A stretch of DNA of 29,110 nt, from NCBI GenBank assembly GCA_048939015.1, contig JBHLPW010000058.1:1-29110 (forward strand), written 5' to 3'. The stretch is from Promethearchaeota archaeon. GTDB taxonomy: Archaea; Asgardarchaeota; Lokiarchaeia; Sigyniarchaeales; SOKP01. The notes beneath the pieces are model-generated. The model ran no database searches, was not told the origin of the DNA, and saw only the letters and a program-made list of their open reading frames with translations. This document shows, piece after piece, positions 26,806-29,110 of the stretch. The position numbers and the translations under genes are program-made. The stretch's first letter is position 1. Every line of letters begins with the position of its first letter.

Positions 26806-29110
26806 TTATAAATTAGGTCTGATTAACTCGTGATTAATGAAAACTTGGACTGCATCAATAACGGCATCTTCACTCTTTTCACTGAACCTTTCAAGTAAAG
26901 ACATTAGTTTGAAGATCCTTTTTTCAGTCGTTATAAAAAGAAGTTCATTTAAGACTTTATATTGAAATTTATTCATATTAAATTTTTTCTTAATTTCATT
27001 TATGTCTGGTCTAGTAATGGCTAATCTAAAGAACTCTTTATAATAAAGACAGAAATAATCATTTAATAGCGGGGGGATTATGTCTCGAAATTGTTCTAAA
27101 CTATTATCCCATTCTTTTAATTGTTCCATAATTTTAAAATATAGATCTAAAGAAAAGTTAAACATTTGTTTCTTTAATCTTTTTGATGATTTATTTTTAA
27201 GTATTAGTACTGTACGTAATTCTTCAATGTCTAAAATAAGGCAAAAAAAGTGTTTAAAATCCAATTCATTTACTTTATATGCACTGAATTTATCATCAGA
27301 TTCTTTTAAAGAGAATCTACTAAACTTATCATTAGAGATTTCATCACTAACAAGAGAAACTGCTTGTAAAAACCCTGAAAAAATGGTTTTCTTTCCTTTC
27401 ATAATTTCAGAATAGTTTTTAGAAAAAATTGGTAACCCACTTTCAGTATGAACAAGTAGAATCCCTTCAATATTATTTGCATCTTTAAATATTTGAGTTC
27501 TCAATAATAATTCATTCCTTTTTTTAATCTTAAGAGGTGAGAAAACATAAGTTTTCAAACTTAAAGCAGTTAGAATTCCAATAATAATGAATGAAATAAT
27601 TGAAATAATAATAATTAGAAAAAACATTCCTTTATTAATTCCAGTTGGGTTATGGACTATTAAATTAAGTTCATAATGATTAAAACTGTAATTATCTCCC
27701 GCATATGCGGTAAAATTAATAGTGTACGTTCCAGAACTGCATTTTTTTAAAGTAGTTTCATATATTCCATCATTATTACTGTCTTCTAATATTCCAGTAC
27801 CAAATTTCCATGAATATTCAACAATTGCGCCTTTAATAACCTCATTTGATTCCAAATTGATTAATTTAAGTTCTATTTTAGGGATAGATCCAGCCTGTGT
27901 CTCAATTTTGGGTTCACCTGATAAAGTCCTCACTTGACAATTTATTCTTTCTACTTTAATATTTATCTGAATATCTATTGACTCATAATACTTTTTACTC
28001 GCGGATAAGATAAGAAAATTATTTCCAATTTTTAAGTCGGTTGTTTGAATCGTAATATTATATTGCTCTAAAATACTATTTTCAGTTAAATTTTTAGGGA
28101 ATCCAAGTCCTTCTAATTGTACTACGGCACTTTGAATAAATTGATTTAAATAATCTTTGTATTTGATTGAAATGTTCACAGAATTACCTATAGTAATATC
28201 AACTGTTTTTTCTAGAGTTTTATTTATATTTTCAATGAATAAATCTAATTTAGTCTTAGTTTCCACTACATTATCAATATAGGATATAATTAGGCTCGCA
28301 TTATCTATCGAGATAACAATGGTTTGATTTAAAGTAAATGAATCGGCTATATATACCTGTATAGAAACACTTATATTTTCTGCAGGTATAATTAAGTTTT
28401 TGACATCAAATCCCCCTATTTTTATGTCTTGAAATATAGATTTCGCAGTACTCAGTTTAACAGTTTCTGGATAAATCCTATCATTAAGATATACTCTAAT
28501 TTCTGAATTAGGAGAAGAAGTTGACCAATTACTACTAATTTTATATTTAAAATTCAATGTAGCATTTATGATATCAATACTAGTTCCTTCAAGCTTATTT
28601 CCAATCTGATTCCATGAAATAGAACTATATTGATCTATTTTTTTTTCATATGTAAAGGTCAAATTCACAAATTTAATATAAATTTCATCAAAAGTATCAA
28701 GATCCCAGTAATTCGCAACATTATCTTCACACCAAATTCTTATTCCTAAAGTAATGGTAAAATTATGATGATCACTTGAAAGAACAGAAGATAAATAAAA
28801 AATTAAATCTTCTTGGGAGACACTCGCCATATAAGAATCGTATAAATAATCTTTACCAGGAGGGTCACCACTTCCAATATATGTAGTTTGGTGATGAGCA
28901 ATCTCATAGACATTATTTTTTTCTAGATCTGAAATTAGTATATAATACTGAATAAAATCTCCAATACTATATGTATCTACATCGTAATTAGGATCAGTTC
29001 TTGCTAAATCTCCAGTTAAATAATCTTCGTAGCGATCTAGATTTTCATCTACAGTTGCATTAATAATTGATTGAATAGAAGCAGATTTAATTACATAATC
29101 TGACATATCA
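26806..29110 (-). CDS. Large single-pass membrane protein: beta-rich ectodomain, TM, cytoplasmic longin-like and winged-helix-like domains (5' end probably beyond window)
   Basis: Frame is open to the window edge (GAT precedes the ATG at 29106); many N-x-S/T sequons; TM MFFLIIIISIISFIIIGILTALSL; GILLVHTESGLPIFSK...IFSGFLQAV longin-like pattern. Confidence 0.75.
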   Translation of the reverse strand, partial: DMSDYVIKSASIQSIINATVDENLDRYEDYLTGDLARTDPNYDVDTYSIGDFIQYYILISDLEKNNVYEIAHHQTTYIGSGDPPGKDYLYDSYMASVSQEDLIFYLSSVLSSDHHNFTITLGIRIWCEDNVANYWDLDTFDEIYIKFVNLTFTYEKKIDQYSSISWNQIGNKLEGTSIDIINATLNFKYKISSNWSTSSPNSEIRVYLNDRIYPETVKLSTAKSIFQDIKIGGFDVKNLIIPAENISVSIQVYIADSFTLNQTIVISIDNASLIISYIDNVVETKTKLDLFIENINKTLEKTVDITIGNSVNISIKYKDYLNQFIQSAVVQLEGLGFPKNLTENSILEQYNITIQTTDLKIGNNFLILSASKKYYESIDIQINIKVERINCQVRTLSGEPKIETQAGSIPKIELKLINLESNEVIKGAIVEYSWKFGTGILEDSNNDGIYETTLKKCSSGTYTINFTAYAGDNYSFNHYELNLIVHNPTGINKGMFFLIIIISIISFIIIGILTALSLKTYVFSPLKIKKRNELLLRTQIFKDANNIEGILLVHTESGLPIFSKNYSEIMKGKKTIFSGFLQAVSLVSDEISNDKFSRFSLKESDDKFSAYKVNELDFKHFFCLILDIEELRTVLILKNKSSKRLKKQMFNFSLDLYFKIMEQLKEWDNSLEQFRDIIPPLLNDYFCLYYKEFFRLAITRPDINEIKKKFNMNKFQYKVLNELLFITTEKRIFKLMSLLERFSEKSEDAVIDAVQVFINHELIRPNL

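Noticed and set aside
3386-27937. Short overlapping ORFs in the track (e.g. 3386-3649, 3680-3991, 4488-4673, 10394-10696, 12931-13131, 14099-14317, 14821-15183, 16863-17060, 20192-20386, 20894-21091, 21494-21712, 22477-22665, 23049-23255, 23812-24006, 24442-24732, 24838-25047, 25818-26120, 26522-26749, 27080-27415, 27722-27937)
   Set aside because: They are antisense or off-frame shadows of well-supported genes and show no recognisable motifs.
1-29110. CRISPR arrays, tRNA/rRNA, transposases, integrases, defence systems
   Set aside because: I saw no repeat-spacer pattern, GC-rich structural RNA or mobile-element motif. The sirtuin is a canonical deacylase rather than a defence SIR2.

Overview
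AT-rich, gene-dense window whose content points to an Asgard archaeon, probably Lokiarchaeia. This taxonomy is inferred from a profilin-like protein, a membrane-anchored longin-like protein, Loki-type Zn-ribbon proteins, GGTGA/GGAGG-type RBS and poly-T terminators. I saw no rRNA, tRNA, CRISPR array or mobile element. About 26 CDSs are supported, two of them missing from the ORF track: an EamA transporter cut by the left edge and a 51-aa ribbon-helix-helix (RHH) protein at 6444-6599. Blocks: (1) 1-5.2 kb, a degenerate small-GTPase-like protein, a Zn ribbon, two tandem stand-alone 7TM paralogues, an HhH-Zn ribbon protein and a Zn-roadblock-like protein. (2) 5.2-8.1 kb, a CaCA antiporter, the RHH gene with helically phased upstream boxes, a sirtuin and a PIG-L deacetylase. 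(3) 8.4-12.6 kb, a signalling cluster of a His-rich MCP, an RHH-HisKA-REC protein lacking an ATPase domain, and a convergent PAS histidine kinase. (4) 12.8-26.7 kb, metabolic genes (GGR-like flavoprotein, GPH transporter, Eda aldolase, a glycyl radical enzyme with atypical motifs plus its activase, lipase, DUF2804, M29 peptidase, class III aminotransferase), interrupted by a profilin with a C-terminal extension and a claudin-like tetraspan protein. (5) 26.8 kb to the end, a large single-pass protein with a cytoplasmic longin-like domain, cut by the right edge. The strongest novelty candidates are the RHH-HisKA-REC phosphorelay, the extended profilin and the GCVD-type glycyl radical enzyme. All family calls come from motif recognition by eye; no searches were run.
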